Notes: generated by a model not told the origin, from the sequence alone. A DNA stretch of 64,000 nucleotides from Paraspadella gotoi (GCA_051294375.1 CM119264.1:9174764-9238763), one strand, 5' to 3'; positions 12,772-28,897 are shown, counted from the stretch's first letter. Numbers and translations: made by a program.

Positions 12772-13774
12772 GAGTACGAGGAAACTGGTTGGCTGAGGAC
12801 TGAGGAGCCGTTTCAAGAGGAAGGGAAGACGAATGGTTGGAATATTGAAGAGAATCTGAAAAAAAAGAATAAAAGAGAATAAAGAGAAAAACAATAGAAT
12901 ATGAAATTTAAAAGAAAAATATTTTGTACTTGTTGAATGAGTTTGATTGTAACAAAACAAGGAAAGTATATTTATCAAACATGGTCGAATATTAAAGATG
13001 AAGAAAAACGGCATCAAAAGGGAAAAAAGAAACTGTTGCAAAAAGAAGAGAAATGTAAAATAAAAAAAGGATATGAAACTCTTGCGAAAACCAGGTTGAA
13101 AGGAAACGCATTTAATTTCACGATGGCAACGGTGATGAATGCATGCCAGTATCACCACAAACGTCAACAAGATCATAAATAAATGAAGTGAAAATTATCT
13201 TTAGTCACGGCGATAGACGTCACTCTATATCACTCTTTTCGATATTACGGTCCGTCTGTCCACCTGTCGAATCGTGGAAAGTAAAGTTAAAGTTAAACAA
13301 AGTAAAATAAAAAGGTAAAATTTGGTAGGGATAAATGTGCTATCGTCTCAATCACATGTTTTAGGATATCTAATAAGAGACCATTTGTAGGAAAAATAAA
13401 AAAGTGCAGCAGAAAGATAGGTTAAGACAAAATCGCGAACGATTTGGAAAAGATTGAAATATTGTTTCTCAAAATGAAAAAAAAGTAACGGTAATGGAAA
13501 AAGAGGTTCCGGATTTAGCTGGAGCCGTGACCTCGGTCGTTGTCTGTATCTTGTTTCACGAATCGTTCCCTTCACTCGTTCCCCTCAGCGATCGATACAG
13601 TTTTCTCGGCGGACACATCGATTCCGTTTTCCCTTTAGTCAGCAAACAATGAAAGCTGACGTCATAATGAATAATTACGCGTGCGAAAGCGAATGACACT
13701 TTTATCGATTGCCGATGGAAAGAGGAATAATCAAAAACAGAGACGGAGACAAAGAGGAGGGATGAGGTGGAGAG

Positions 13775-13826
<52 letters not shown>

Positions 13827-13831
13827 GAGAG

Positions 13832-13879
<48 letters not shown>

Positions 13880-15075
13880 CTTTATTCGAATGAGATTGCG
13901 ACTGTATTGAAAGTCCGCCCATTCGCCCAGCGCTCCGGGAGGGGAACCTGTTTTCTTTTGTGCTTCAGATAATAGGCGACAGAGAAAAAGGACGGAATGG
14001 AGGGCGGGATCTCGGGAAATGGTGGAGCGGGGGCAGTAGGAGGTGGAGCGGGGGCAGTAGGAGGTGGAGCGGTGAAGGAGGATGTGGAGGAGTTTTGTGA
14101 GAGTTTGCAACTGACAACTCGGATAGAAGCTACTAAAATTAGAGTTGCGGGACCGAAAGGGAAGAGAAGCGAGCAATAAAATGTGGATAAAAAGTGTGGG
14201 CCGCGGGGGTTGAATCGTGGCGTATTGAATTACTGGATGAATATTCAAGTGGAGAAAAAAATGGCAAATATAAGAAAAGTATAAATAAATAAAATATAGT
14301 ATAAACTCTATGTAATATTTTACAATTTACGATCTTAAAATATCTATACGAAGAACGAAAATATTTATCGTAATGGAACTGTATTAAAGATATTGAACCG
14401 ATAACAGATATTTAAAATAACGATTGAAAAAAGAAAAAAAAGGGAAAGATTCAAAGGAGCTGTTTTTAATCCTGAGAAAACCGTTTTCAAACTGGGAGTT
14501 GTTGTGATAAAAAAAGAAATGAAAAAAGAAAGAAAAAAAGAAAAAAGAGAGTAAAAAAAAGGAAAGAAAAAAAGTGAACAAAGGATAGACAAAGAATCGA
14601 AACTGAAAAGAAAGTGAGAAGTAAACGAAAATAGAAAAAACTTTTCGATTCTTAAGGAAAACTCAAGAATCAAAGCAAGTGCCTAATGCCTGCATCATTA
14701 CTACTAAAAAAGTTTCCTAAAATAGTTAAATTAAGAAAAATTACATATTAGTTGAGAAGAGAGAGGTGATATATATAAAAAGGAAAAAGAAAGAAAAAAA
14801 GTTTTTGGAAAAGAATAAAAGCGAAAAAAGTTGAAAATGGATGAATAGAAATAGAGGAGGAGATAAAAGTGGTTAAGACGAAGACGATGGAAAAGGAAAT
14901 TAAAAGAAAGAAAAGTTTAAGAAGAAAATGCGTATAAAACGAGAATTTTAATTAAGTCGAACGCAAAACAACAAGAAAATTTATTACGGTACTAGTGAAT
15001 GAAGATAGTTCTAAATGAGATGTGGAGGCAGAAGACGGGAATCGAATAGGGGAGCTGGGGAGATAAATTGACAAC

Positions 15076-15178
<103 letters not shown>

Positions 15179-18100
15179 CCGTTTCTCCGGTTCAGAATAT
15201 TATTCTCCATTGTAAACACCTTTTTTATCCGTTCTTTTTCTCACTTTTTGTTTACTTCCCTCCAACTTCCGTCTGGTTTCTTTACCCACATTTTCGTTGT
15301 CGTTGTCATAGCCGTTGTCGTTTTTGATTTTTCTTTTTTGACAAAAACATAAACTCAAAGTTTATAGTGTATCTTGTGTTTGTTAACACGGACAAATGTT
15401 TATTTTAAAAATTAATTCATACTTTGCTTCAAACTAAGTTTGCCATTCTCTTGTCTATTGTTTATTACTGAAGTCCATTTCCTCTTTCAATTCTATCCTA
15501 TTACGAAACTCCAGTAGACGTGCCAGTTATTTTCCCTTTTTCATTCGTCCTCTTTTTCGACTTGGTTGTCGTCGTCGTCGTCTTCATCGGCGTCCGCCTT
15601 ATCGTCTTCGTGCCCCTTTGGTCTCCCCGGGCCGAAAATAACCCTTGGCTTCTTCCGCGCCAGAGGAAGGGGACTTTTTGCATGCAGAGAAGCGCCCTCG
15701 TCATCGTCAGCTTCGTCGTTATCGTCGTCGTCGTCGTCGTCGTCGTCGTCCTCTCCCTTTATTTTTTTGTTAACCGGAAAAAGCAAGAGTTTTGTCTCTG
15801 GCGAAAAAAAAACTATGAAGGTGAAGCGGGACCCAGAAGTATCGTTCGTACGAACTCCGTTTTCGTCGTTTGTCGTTTTCGTCGTTGTTGTCGTCTTCGT
15901 TTTCGTCCTCCGATGGCGAAGCGATGAGGCGCCCTGCCGCCCCTGCCCAGACTGGCGGAAGTCCGGCCATTAATGACTGCTGAGCTCTTGAGTGGAATCG
16001 TCGTTACAGAATTTGGAGAAAAAAAAATGAGGAAAACCTATTTGATATTTCGTCCAATTGATTGTGATATTTGTCGCTCATTAATTTTATCATCATGTTT
16101 CTCATTCAAACTCGGTTATTTTCTTTCCGGTCATCTTCATAACCCAATTTTTTTATTGTCTTGGTCTTCATGTTCAACTTTGTCGTCGTCTTCGTTGTCG
16201 GAAATGGAACCGAATTCTTTGTCTTTCTGCTGAACGAAGTTTATCTTGTTTTCATGTTCATAAATTCTTTCTTTATCTATTTCATTCTTTTTCTTCCTTT
16301 TTTCCTTCGTATTACTTCTTTCTTTATAGACGTTTCGTGCAGGTAATCTTTCCTGAGCGCACAATAACAGTTTCCCGCCAATTTTTTTTTCCTTTTTGTC
16401 CTTTTCTCCTACTTTTATTGGGCGTGGTTCTTTTCTTTCTTCATGCCTAAATCTGCGCGGAATAACAAGACACGACGCCTTTATTAGAAAGTTTCGGGAT
16501 TTCTTGGCGCTTTAACAACCGACCAATATTTTTTTTTATCATAAACAATTTTTGTTATCTCAATGGGACCCCAAAATAAAATTTATCGACGTTTTCATTT
16601 TTTTATTTTTCTCTTATTATTCTTGCTCACCAAATTGATAAAAGTCGAATTCAATTACAACGACGACGACGACAACGACAACGACGACGATGGTGGCTTC
16701 TCTACGTATTAGTTTCGTTTATTTAATTTTTCCTTCCATTTTACATCTGTTTTTATCCTCAAAGCATTTCACCAGTAGTCTGAAGTAACTACATCATCTC
16801 TTCCTATTATCTTCCATATCCACAAAGTTTTTTCTCCGCTTCAGTAGCACTGAATCTCGCTGACCCTTGAATCGATTTTTCGTGATCGAACCTTGAACTC
16901 TCCGGAGGCGAAACTCCTCACTAATTTGTTATAAGAACATTTTGCTACCTTTTAAGCTTCAATCCACTTGATTCTCAACCTCGAAAGACTCACTTTTTTT
17001 TTGGCCTCGATGGAAAAAAAAAATTGGCGAACGGTCCGAGTTTCCACTCTCTTTAGAATTTGATCGCTTCCGCGCCGAAAAGTCCAGCTGGATCGCGGTC
17101 GCGATGTTCCCAAAATTCACTTCGACCTAGATGACAGGTACGACGACGATGACGACAAGGATGATAATGCTGACGACCTCGCTCAATGGAGGATTTCTTA
17201 TTGCTTCCTATGCAAAAATAGCTTTAGATTCAATAATTTTAATTTAAAAAAAAAAACAAATTGAATTTCAAATTTTTTGATCTTTACCTTTTCAAAGTTC
17301 GTTGACTTCTTTTTCGACTAATTTAAAGGGAAAAAAATATCAAATAAAAAACCTGATCTTCAAAGAGAGAAATAAAAGTAGAGGAAAAACCTGTAACCCG
17401 TTGTGCCTCCCATTGGATGGCATCATTTCCATCGATGCAAGTCTTCTTCTTTCGCCGTCAAAATTTTCTTCGCGCGTCGTTACTTGAAATTTATGTCTTC
17501 GAAAAAAGATTTGCATCGGAACGGGAAGGACGGAAGCGGGCGGGCGAGCGGGCGGGCGAGCGGGCGGGCGAGGGAAGCCGGATGCTGGCGTTGGGGGGAG
17601 GTGGGTGAAGCCGGAGGAGTCGGCCGACTTGTGGGTGTGGGAAGGAGTTGGATGCGGTCGGCTGCAATGTCGGCGAGTGAAGGAGGAGGTGACGAGCGAT
17701 GAGGCATTGAAGCCGCTTGGGTCAGTTTTTATTTTTGTTTTATTTATTTTTTTAGTTTTATTTTTATTTTTTGGAAGCCCGAAGGGAGGGGTGAGGAGAG
17801 AGTAAGTAGAGAACATCGAAAGGAAAATAAAAGGGGTGGGGGAAATGGAGGTAAATAAAGTAGTGTATGAAATACTAATACTAATACTGAATACTAATAT
17901 ATGACATAAGGTAGTGTATGAAATACTACCGCTTTAATTGAAAAAAATTTAATATGAAAAAGTATTAACTACAAAATAAATCAAATAATAAAATAAATAC
18001 AAATATACGCCAAAGACTAATTGTTTAACATCCTGCGAATCTAATCTACAATTATTCTCATGTTGCTATTANNNNNNNNNNCCAGTCATTATGTTCCTCT

Positions 18101-19575
18101 CTTGGTTCCATTCATATTCTCCCCATTTCTCCTCCTGGCTTCTGGTTCGATACCATATTTTTTCTCGCGGGAATAATTTATATTTTTGCACCATTTTTTT
18201 TATTATTTTCGCATACTACTTTTACCATTCTTTAAGTTTTTTTTAAATATATAGTACTATGAGATCCACTAAGGAAATGTAATGTGGATTCTTTTTAATG
18301 TGGTGCAAGCATTGAAAACTTTCCGTCGCGTTAAAATGTAAAAAAAGAAAGAATATTCATGGATTTATGAAAAAACGTTTTAAAGCGGGAGAAAGTTCTT
18401 TTCTCTTCTCTTCTTTTAATTTTGAATAATGTTTTCTTATTAGACTTCGTGCGTAGGTCACCATAATCGAAATTAGCCTATGAATAGTCGCTTCTTCAGT
18501 TAATTAACATATGGTTAATTCTATTTAATTAAAAAAGGGCAACCTAAACTCGTTCGATTAAATCCCCTGACATCTTTTGTTCGAATTTTATATTTTCAAA
18601 TGTAATATTTTATTTTTTTTTATCTTTTTTTTTTCAGCACCAGATATATTGATTCGCGACACAAAAGTCGAAGCTCTGAATTTCCCGCGAAAAACGTCCA
18701 CTCGATTCTCTTCTGAGCCAAAACGAAAACAAGAAAAGAAAAACAAAAAAAAACGGGGCAATAAAAGCGACGTCGGCGAAAAATAAACGAATAAAACAAA
18801 TGGCGACGACGTTGAAATAGAACAGGAAAAAAAAAGCAAAGAGAAAAAAAAAAAACTATAGCAAAAAAAAAAAAAAATGTGATATTTACGAATTGAAAAA
18901 AAAACAACAAAAAACAAAAAAACAAAGAAATCCTTGAAAAACTCGAAGGCATAAAAGACAATTAAAAAGGCCTAAATACCTTGAAATTAAGCGGATAAAT
19001 TTTAAAAGGCCGAAATTATTTCAGACATATCAAACAATAAATGAAAAACCCGACAGTTCCGTCACAGAAACAACAACATTAACAAGAAAATTCTCGGAAA
19101 AAATAATCAACCGAGCTGCGAGCGTTCAAAAAAAAAAAAAAAAAAAAAAAAAATCAGCGCTGAGAAATTATCGAATTTTTTAAATGTTATGAATTCTTCT
19201 GATTTTGTTCTTCCCTTCTCGTTATCTGCGCCCGTTACGCTCCTAACGTCTTCTCTCTAAAAGGGCGGAATCACAAGAAAATTAGATTCTATATTTGGAG
19301 AAAGAGAGAGAGAGAGAGAGAGAGTTCTCAGTGGAGAAACGACTCTCTCGTTAGACGCCTCACCCACGTCGACTTACCTTCTTTTTCCTCCTCTGACTCC
19401 TCCGCCTTTACCTACTCGGTTCTCCTCATTATCGAAGTTCGAAACCACAAACCACAAACCACGTTTCACCACCATCATTAGCCCAACTTTCAAAAAAATT
19501 AAGAAAATTGAATTAGAATATAGGTTTTTTTTGTCATAAAAAAAAATAAAAAAAGGTGTTAATAGATTAATTCGC

Positions 19576-19660
<85 letters not shown>

Positions 19661-20222
19661 TTTATCGGTATTAAATTATTCAACTACGACGAAAAAACGC
19701 GAAATTAAAAAGTAAAGCAAGCATTAAAAATTAAAGCAAGCATTACGTTGAAAACTCGATACCGAATGTTTTAATTCCCCAAAAATCTGATGTTTTCAAA
19801 GTAATTTTAATTCCTTTTCTAAGTACAATTTTTGTATGTTGTACCAAGAATGTTTTATATACTGTAACGGTGCCGCTGACGACGAAGACAGCGACGTCGC
19901 TATGACAACCGTCGACGCGGAATCAAACGACGACGACGAAAAAAAATTTTCTTCCAAATTCAAAAGGAGAAAAAAGTGGAACCGGATGTTCGGCGGAGGA
20001 AATTAGACAATTCGATGAAATTACGGAAATGTTATTTCAGTTGGAATAATTGCAATGAGAGAGAAGGCGTGAAAAAAATTAGATTAGAGTTGTACGAAAA
20101 TATCGAATTACGAACAATTCCTCCAGATTTTAATAACTTTCGTAAAAATAATGGACATATAATAAAGAAAGTGATTCCACTGAAAAAAAGAAAAGAAATC
20201 GTTACTCTATATTGATCTTAGA

Positions 20223-20346
<124 letters not shown>

Positions 20347-20931
20347 CTCCATCTGAGACTACGGAGGTCGAGCAAATCAACTCGAGAAACAACGAAACAT
20401 TCGATTTCGTCGTAGTTCTTTTCATCCTCCAACTTCTTCTGCTCCTCCGCCTCCCTTTCATCTTCTCAAACACCCTCTCATCGCCGACCCCCATCTCCTC
20501 AACCATCTCCATCTCGTTCTCCTTCTCTCCTCCCTCCTCTTCCATTCCCTCTCCTCATCGACCCCATCTCTTCAACCTCTTCGGATCTCGCTCTCTGAAA
20601 AATCGAACGCAATCAAGGGGGAAAATAACCGAGCGACAGAAAAGAAGGAAATAAGAAAAACAGAAGAAAGATAGAAAGAAAGAAAAAAAGAAAAGTAAAC
20701 GAGGCAAATAAAAGAGGAAAGAAAAAAAAAAGAAAAAGAAGGATCGAGACGGAGTCACGTGACATTTCGCCTTCTCACTTCAAGTTTTCAAAATCGTGAC
20801 GAGGATTAAAATGAGCGACACGGATCTACGCTGGGGTGAGTGCTGATTCCATCCTTCATTTTTCTTTCAAACATCATTCATTTGTATTATTTTTTAAATC
20901 CTGAATTAGTTTAAAAATACATATTTATTTT

Positions 20932-21046
<115 letters not shown>

Positions 21047-21205
21047 TTTTTTATTGAAAAAGCTGAACAGGGCTACGCGCCAGAAAAGTTATTTTTTTGT
21101 TGACTTATCTTGATGAGATGTTGTGAACTATTGTTATTATGAAATTGTTTAAACCAATATAAAAATTATCCATTCATTTAATAAATTATCTCGCCCCTGA
21201 CTTTT

Positions 21206-22544
21206 GACAGGCTTTGGTGGTTTAAGGCCTCCATCACTTTTACAAGATAATGACCTAGCAGGACCCTGCAAGCTTTCTATAAAGACTCACAGTCTCGTTT
21301 ATATTCTTCCAGAGTACCTGGCTTCTTTATCAATTAAGTCTTGTCACCATATTCAAGTAAATAGACAGTGTATTTTATTCTTCATGAAAACAGACAGAGA
21401 AAGTCGGTGTCAATTTTCGACAGAGTGAATTCATGCTAAAACTAACGGCTATATATACAGTTCAATCGGATCGAATGCACGGGAAAACTTCGCGGATGGA
21501 TTGAATGAGAGAGTTCCATTTAGCTTCCGGCGGATTTTTCTGGAGTCGTTGATCCGATTCCGATTTCACGTTCATGATTCCTCTGCTATGATATTGTTAT
21601 ATGTTATATGATATTGTTATATGTTACTAGGGACAGAGAGAGAAGTTAATGTTTTCAGTTGGTGAAAACTTTTGTCTTCTTGTAATAAAAAAAGGGAGTA
21701 GGAATGAAAAAAAAAGGGTAGGAAAAAGTTGGAATGTTTGCGTAGAATTTATAGGATATTTAAAGTATCAATGTCGGATATTATGATCAAAGTAAAGGTT
21801 TGAACTTTGAACACTGAAAAAAAGGTGTCGCGTGGAAAATGAGAAAAAAAAATATGATAATTAGAAAAAGTGAGAAAAGGAAAGAGGGAAAAAAAAATTA
21901 CGATAATCACGAAAAAAACAGATGATTGGGTGCAAAGTCATCGACCTCAAGGAGCTGAAAAAAAATCGTGATCGAAAATAAAACGAATAAATAACTTCAA
22001 AAATATGAAAAAGGAGAGAGAGAAAAAAAAGAGAGAAACAGAAGCGGAAAAAAAAGGAGAGGGGAAGAAAAAAATAAAAAAGGAAGAAAAAAAGGAAGAA
22101 AAAAATGAAAGGGGAAGAAAAAAATGAATACGGAAGGGAAAAAAATGAAAAAGGAAGAAAAAAAAAGGAAGAAAAAAAAGGAAGAAAAAAAAAGGAAAGG
22201 CCGCGATTCGATTTACGCATCATTTAATCCTCGGTTGCGACGCTAAACGGAATCTACGTCGTCCGGGTCGTCGTTATATGTTGAACATGTAAAACAACGT
22301 GGACGACTTGTTTTTTGTTGTTGTCAATTTCGTTATGTTTTAATATTAAAGCCAAACGAGCAGATGTGGTCTGGTTGAAGCTTTGTGAGGGCTTTACTTT
22401 CCATTTTGTGAGATCTGTCTCTGACAATTCCCACTATCGAGGAAACCGGTTAAAAGAAAGGAAAAGTTAAGAAAAAAAATATTAACAATTAATTCAAATT
22501 TCAAACATCGATCGTGGAAAAGAAAAAAACTTTCCAAATAAGAA

Positions 22545-22596
<52 letters not shown>

Positions 22597-23184
22597 CGAA
22601 TCTTTTGCTGAGGAGGCAAAAGAAATGAATTATGTATTTTATAAAAGAAACCATTTTTGAATACAAATATGGTAAGGTCCATCGACACTCCCTTTCCTTT
22701 AGTTTTTAAAATCAATATTTTATTTACGAAAAAAAACACTGTTTTTAAGATTAAGAGGCTTTGAACCTTTGAAGCATTAATATATATGGAAACGCAACCC
22801 AGATGAATCAGGTTGCCTGATTAATGTTTTATTCGTTTCCCAATTTTTAAAGGTAATCTACTTTTTATAACACGAAATACTAATTTTTTTATCTCTGATA
22901 ATTTTTGAACCGTTTTTCCGGAAAGCTTTTACAATTTTTTGACCAAAAGCTTTTCTAATCTTTGCTAATTCGGAGTACAATATAGTATTCCCCGATCTAA
23001 TACTTAAGGGAGTAGACATTTCTTATAGTTGAAACATTCTTTGAAATTTCATACCACTTCATTGATAGGGAAGCAAAGTACTCTGGATGTAAATGAACGA
23101 GACCGTGAGAGAGTCTTGATTGAAAGCTTGCAGGGTCCGACTATGTTATGGATTGATGGAGGCCTTAAACCACCAAAGCCTGTC
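21206..23184. repeat. Pair of ~120-bp diverged inverted repeats (21206-~21325 and ~23070-23184); possible TIRs of a 2-kb non-autonomous element
   Basis: GACAGGCTTTGGTGGTTTAAGGCCTCCATCA...GGACCCTGCAAGCTTTC...CCAGAGTAC on the left is the reverse complement of GTACTCTGG...GAAAGCTTGCAGGGTCC...TGATGGAGGCCTTAAACCACCAAAGCCTGTC on the right. Confidence 0.6.
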
Positions 23185-23961
23185 CAAAGCCTGTCCACTG
23201 TCCGTGTCCAGCCTGGACAGTGTCCAAGCAAGATAGCTTATTTATTCAATTACGGGAAAATTTTAATATTGGTTGTACCAATTTCATTTTCTTTTCTAGT
23301 CTTGTTTATTTTTTATGTTTCGTTTCTTTTATAATCTCTTTCACATGTCTAATCGTATGCATTAACCATAATATACAAATTAGATTTGCGTAAATTCGAT
23401 ATTTTTTGAAAATGTCTCTCAGTTAAAAAAAACAAAAAACCAATAATTAAATTAGTACATGAACAACATGATAAAAGGAAGAGACAATGGAATTTTATAA
23501 ATAAAGCCATTTTACTATAAAAATAAATTCCAAATCCAGTCACAGGCTCGAGTTCTTCTCTCTCTCTCTCTCTCTCTCTCTCCTTTTTTTCACATTCTCA
23601 TATGTAAGTAAAAAAATCTTTCAAAACAAATCCCTATTAGTGGGTAATACGTATATACTATTTCTCCGATTTATTTATTATATATAAGTACCAAGCTTTG
23701 TTTCTCTCAGTCAAGCAATCGTCGCGAGTCTACACTTTCTTTTTCTTTTGTCTCTTTAACTCGTTTTATATTCCCCACTNNNNNNNNNNNNNNNNNNNNN
23801 NNNNNNNNNNNNNNNNNNNNNNNNNNNNNNNNNNNNNNNNNNNNNNNNNNNNNNNNNNNNNNNNNNNNNNNNNNNNNNNNNNNNNNNNNNNNNNNNNNNN
23901 NNNNNNNNNNAAACAAAGAGGGGGGTTCACTGAGAGAGAAAAAAAAAAGAGAGAGAGAGAG

Positions 23962-24025
<64 letters not shown>

Positions 24026-24814
24026 ATCTCTCTCTCTCTCTTGTTCTGTTCCTTCTGTAACTATCTAAGAGTTTTACACGGTAATCTCTTCCTGGTCACT
24101 ATTTTATTATATGTTAACATAAAACTTACTTATCAATCACTCCTTTAATTTTTCATCCTACTTTTCGCTATTTTCACTAAATTTTACAAAAAGTTGCCAG
24201 TTTAGCCACAAAACTTTTTTCTTTTCTTCCCTCAGATTTTCAATTTTGTCCCCAAGAAGTTGAAACGATAAAAAGAAATGGGTTTTCCGGGTTAAACTAA
24301 TCCTGAGCGCCGCTGCGAAAGTTATTGGCATTTAGTGCTCAACGCCCGATGTTCTGCACTGATTAGACAATAAAAGAGACAGTCTGGGTTCCAATCTGCT
24401 CTAGTCGAACAATGAACAGTTTCAATCCATTCGAAATTGAGTTTCACTCAAGAGGATGAACTATGGTCATTTCTTCTTTCATGTTTTTTTTTCCTCTCCA
24501 CCCTAATCCAGAAAAAACGCATAGATAAAATCAAAAAAGCAAGCTTCTCTCGACTGCCTCCAATTTCTATGACCAAGCATCATTTCGTGCCACTGAAAAG
24601 AAGAAAAAAATGAAAATCTCAAGAATGGAATCGTCTTCTTAAAATTCCATCCTCTTTTCCTTCCCCGTCGTCGGCTGTCGACACAAGGGCGCAGGAAAAC
24701 ACATTGGCGCCAACAACTATGAATAAGTGAAACGTTTCATCTTTATTTATTTACCGCTCTCTCTCTCTCTCTCTCNNNNNNNNNNNNNNNNNNNNNNNNN
24801 AAGAGAGAAGATTA

Positions 24815-27800
24815 AACGAATTTCAGGCCCAAAATCATAGCTGTGGCGGTATAGTTCGCACCGCCTTGCCTCCAACTTCAATTCAGCATAACTTTCTAAT
24901 TCCAAAGTTCTAACGACTTCCCTCTGTGTTGGTAAGAAGCGATTCCGACCATGAGTAAACCGCGCCAGTGGCAGAGCCGAGACTTAGGATGCCTTAGCCA
25001 TAATGACAAACAGTTTGACAAAACATGTAAGAGATACCCCAGCTGGTATCAACAACCACCCAGCAGTTTTTTTCTCGATCGACCTGAGCTGACAGAACCG
25101 GCTAATAATACAAGACGCGACCGACCGACCTCATTCATTCCAATCTCAAGGAAAATGGAATTGTAAAACTGACGGCTAATTTTGAAATCGGTTGGAGGCA
25201 TCGGCTGCGGAGGATTAAAAAAGAGATGATATCGAACGACGACGAAAAAATAAAGATGACATCGACGACTTTATAAAACTCGAAAAGTGATTAGACAAGT
25301 TAGAATAATCAAATATATGAATAACCTGTAGATAAAAAAAGAAAAAAATATTCATTAACATTAACTAGAGAAAGCGTTAAAAAAAAAGGAGGAATCATTA
25401 AAAAAACGAAATTAGAATTGTTCTATCCGAATTTTCGGTTTCGGAATTCCACTTTTTTTTTTTGCAAAGAGAAGAAGAGAACTCCATCCTTTCCAGACGC
25501 CAATCGGAGGCAAGTTATTGGCGCGTCACTAAAAGTTCAAGGAAATATTTCATCTTTAACCCAACGATCTGACTGAGCTTGTTCCTAACAAAATATATAT
25601 CTAATAGAAACTGTGTAAATGATTTGCTAAATCTAAGCAACTAAACAGCATCTTCTCAGGTTAAAAACTCGAAAATTAACTACTCGTGAGAGTAGTCACG
25701 TCAAGATCTATCCGTGATGCTCCGGTAATTGGAAATCTCTACTGAATGACTTTCGTCCTTCGACATTCTGTGTCGAAACCTCTGTGTTATCCGGTAAAAA
25801 TCCCCGGGAGGCAGCGAAATATTTAAAGGCGAGTCTTCGTCAGAAATATGCAAGAACGTCTCCTCCTTCGAAAATTAGCGACATGTCCTTCACACATAAA
25901 CCAAAAATCATGAGAGCGAAAGAAAGAAGAACAGTAGAATGAATGAGGTATCACATAATAACATTCGGACATGGGGCAAAGATAAACCACGCTGGTTTTT
26001 TGACTGGGAACCGTAGATCAGGTCTCGGAAAGTAACCAGGATCGACAGTTAGGGTAGCCTTACGGCATTACATAATTGGGATTGAGTAAAGCAACAGTTG
26101 GGGCAGTTAAAAGCGGGTTTACCGCAGTTTAAACAAACCTTGATAAAATTCGCAGCAATTTTTATGACTTATTCCGCCTCCAACCAGCATCAACACCAAT
26201 TAAAGATTCCGTCCCCGCCTTCCCTCTGCAACTTTCCTCTTCCGCCCAAAATCATTTGATTCGGCGCAAATTTTAGGATCTGCTTTCGTCCCGCTTACTA
26301 TTTTGATTTTATTCCCGCCACCGTGGGTCGTTGCCGAAAAAAATAACGAGTTTTTTTAAATTATTTTAAACTGCGGAGTTAAAAAGGATAACACGTAGAT
26401 TTTTTTTTTTTTAAAGCTTCAATTAAAAAAAATAAAAAATCGCTGAATACGAATTACGTTTGTCGCTTTTGAACTATGATCCCTTTAAAATAAGGAGAGA
26501 GAGAAAGAGGGATGGAGAAAATGAGAAAAATAAACGACGGATCGCGACTTTAAAATGAAGGGCTTACGTTGGTGAGGTCGATGCTGTGACGTTGACGACT
26601 GAGGCGAGAGCAATAACAGTAAAAGCGTCCAAGTGAAACGAACTGAAAGAAAAAAAAAAGAAAATACATCAATGACATAACTTTTAAAAATATATAATTT
26701 TTTCGTGATTCCTGACCTAAAATTTATGTTTGTTTGATTTTGTTTGATTGATTTAAACTGATTTAAACTGATTTGTTTGATTAATTGAAGTCAGAGGTTT
26801 TATTTCTTAATAATCGTTGCTTTCGTAAACACGCAACGGCAACCCCAAAAAAAAAAAACTAAAAGGGAAAAAAAAAGAAAAAGCGGGGAACCCGGAGGGG
26901 GGGTTTTCTATTAGGAAAAGAAAGGTTTATTCCCAGAAAAAAAAGGTTTGACCTGGGATTTACGGTAAAGATTAAAGGGCGAGGGGCACTAACGTGGCTG
27001 CATTCGGAAAGGAAGACACGAGACACTGCGGGGAGAGAGAGAGAGAGAGAGAGAGAGAAGAGAAGAGAGAGAGAGAGAGAGAGAGAAGAGAAGAGAGAGA
27101 GAGAGAGAGAGCGAGAGTACGTATATATTTTCAACTCGAGGGCATTTAGCTTTAAACCTTTTTTAATTTGATTCTGGTAAAAAATAAATATTAACGAAGA
27201 AAAAAAAGCAACATAATCAAACAATTTGTCAATATCAAGCAAATACGTAAAATACAAAAGATATCCGGTACATACGCTGGAGAACTAAAAGAACAGCGCT
27301 GGGCAAAATCAAGCGGACTCCATAAAGTCGAACTATTTATGGAAGAATTCGTTCAAAAAATTGGGTCATATAGCGTCATCGTCTCCTCCTGAAGCGGAGG
27401 TGAACAAGGGCGTCGCGCCCCGCGCTCCATCGTAAATCGTCTCGCGCGTCGAATCCGCCGGGGAAAAAAAATGGGCGTGGCTGAGAAAAGACGAAAACAA
27501 GTCGCGCATCGCATCGAGTATGCGAGTGGCGCGGGAAAAAAAATGGGAGAAGTGGCATAAAGACGAAAATCTCTCAAAATTAAGGTGGTGCGGACAAAAG
27601 GGGAATTTCTGGAAAAGACGAAACCTCTCTTCTCTCTCTGTCTCTCTCTCTCTCTCTCTCTCGTCTTCTCTCTCCATGCTCTCTCGCTCTCTGCTCTCCT
27701 TGTTCCTAATTCATCATTCGATTCTTTCTCCATTTTTTTTACAATTGCTACAATTACAATTATTAGTCCTGCTCTATTCTTTTTTAGCGTTTATCCGTTA

Positions 27801-28171
27801 AATTGGTTTATATTATAGAAAAAACAATTTGCAATTGCTTTGATCAACAAAAAATATGGGCCGTATTGTTTTTTTCTTCTTATTGTCTCAATTATCAAGC
27901 GATTCCAATTCTAGTTCACAGTTTGACAGTTTTAAGTCGTAGAAAAACGAGCGCAACAACCGAAAAATCTCACTGAAAAAATTTGTGCCGAGAGAGAGTA
28001 AAAGAAATGAGGAAAAGGTATGGGAATTTGTTCACGGTGAAATTTTTTAAGAGATTGGACAATTTTATATTCTTAAATGGAAATTTTTTTCAAAGTAGGA
28101 ATGAGAAAGAGAGAGAGAGAAATAAGAGATAGAAAAGGAGACAAAGACAGACATAGAGACAGAGTGAAAGA

Positions 28172-28233
<62 letters not shown>

Positions 28234-28251
28234 AGAGAGAAGAGAAAGAGA

Positions 28252-28285
<34 letters not shown>

Positions 28286-28806
28286 AGAGAAAGAGAGAGA
28301 ATGAGAAAAGAGACAGAGAGAGATAATATCCTCATGACGACGACTGTGTTTTGAATTGGGAAAAGTTGGAGAAGGGAAATAAAGCATTAGAGGAAAACCT
28401 TTAATTTCATTTCATTGTTTGCTCTCTCCTTTCTTTTTCCAGTCTGTTTTCTGAGTGACAAGGAAGAAATATAAAAGAGTTGATTTCCAATTTTGGTAGA
28501 GTAAAATGCATGTAGGCTTATAAATAATTTAAGTAATGAAAATTTCACAGTTAGTAATTAAACACTAAGTAAATTTCAAAGGTAATTAAACATTTAGCGA
28601 AAGAAAACAAATGCTAAAAATTTATTTTTCCGGTTTATTCCTATCAATATATAAGGATGTTTGCGTTAGGTTAACTATTAAATCAAACAGCAAATACATT
28701 TTTACGAATACTCAACTTATGCGCTTAAAGAAAACAAAAAAAAAAACCTTTGAATCAGCAGAAAAAACTCGAAGGAAAAAAGTAAAATGCATTGAAACTA
28801 TCGGGG

Positions 28807-28897
<91 letters not shown>

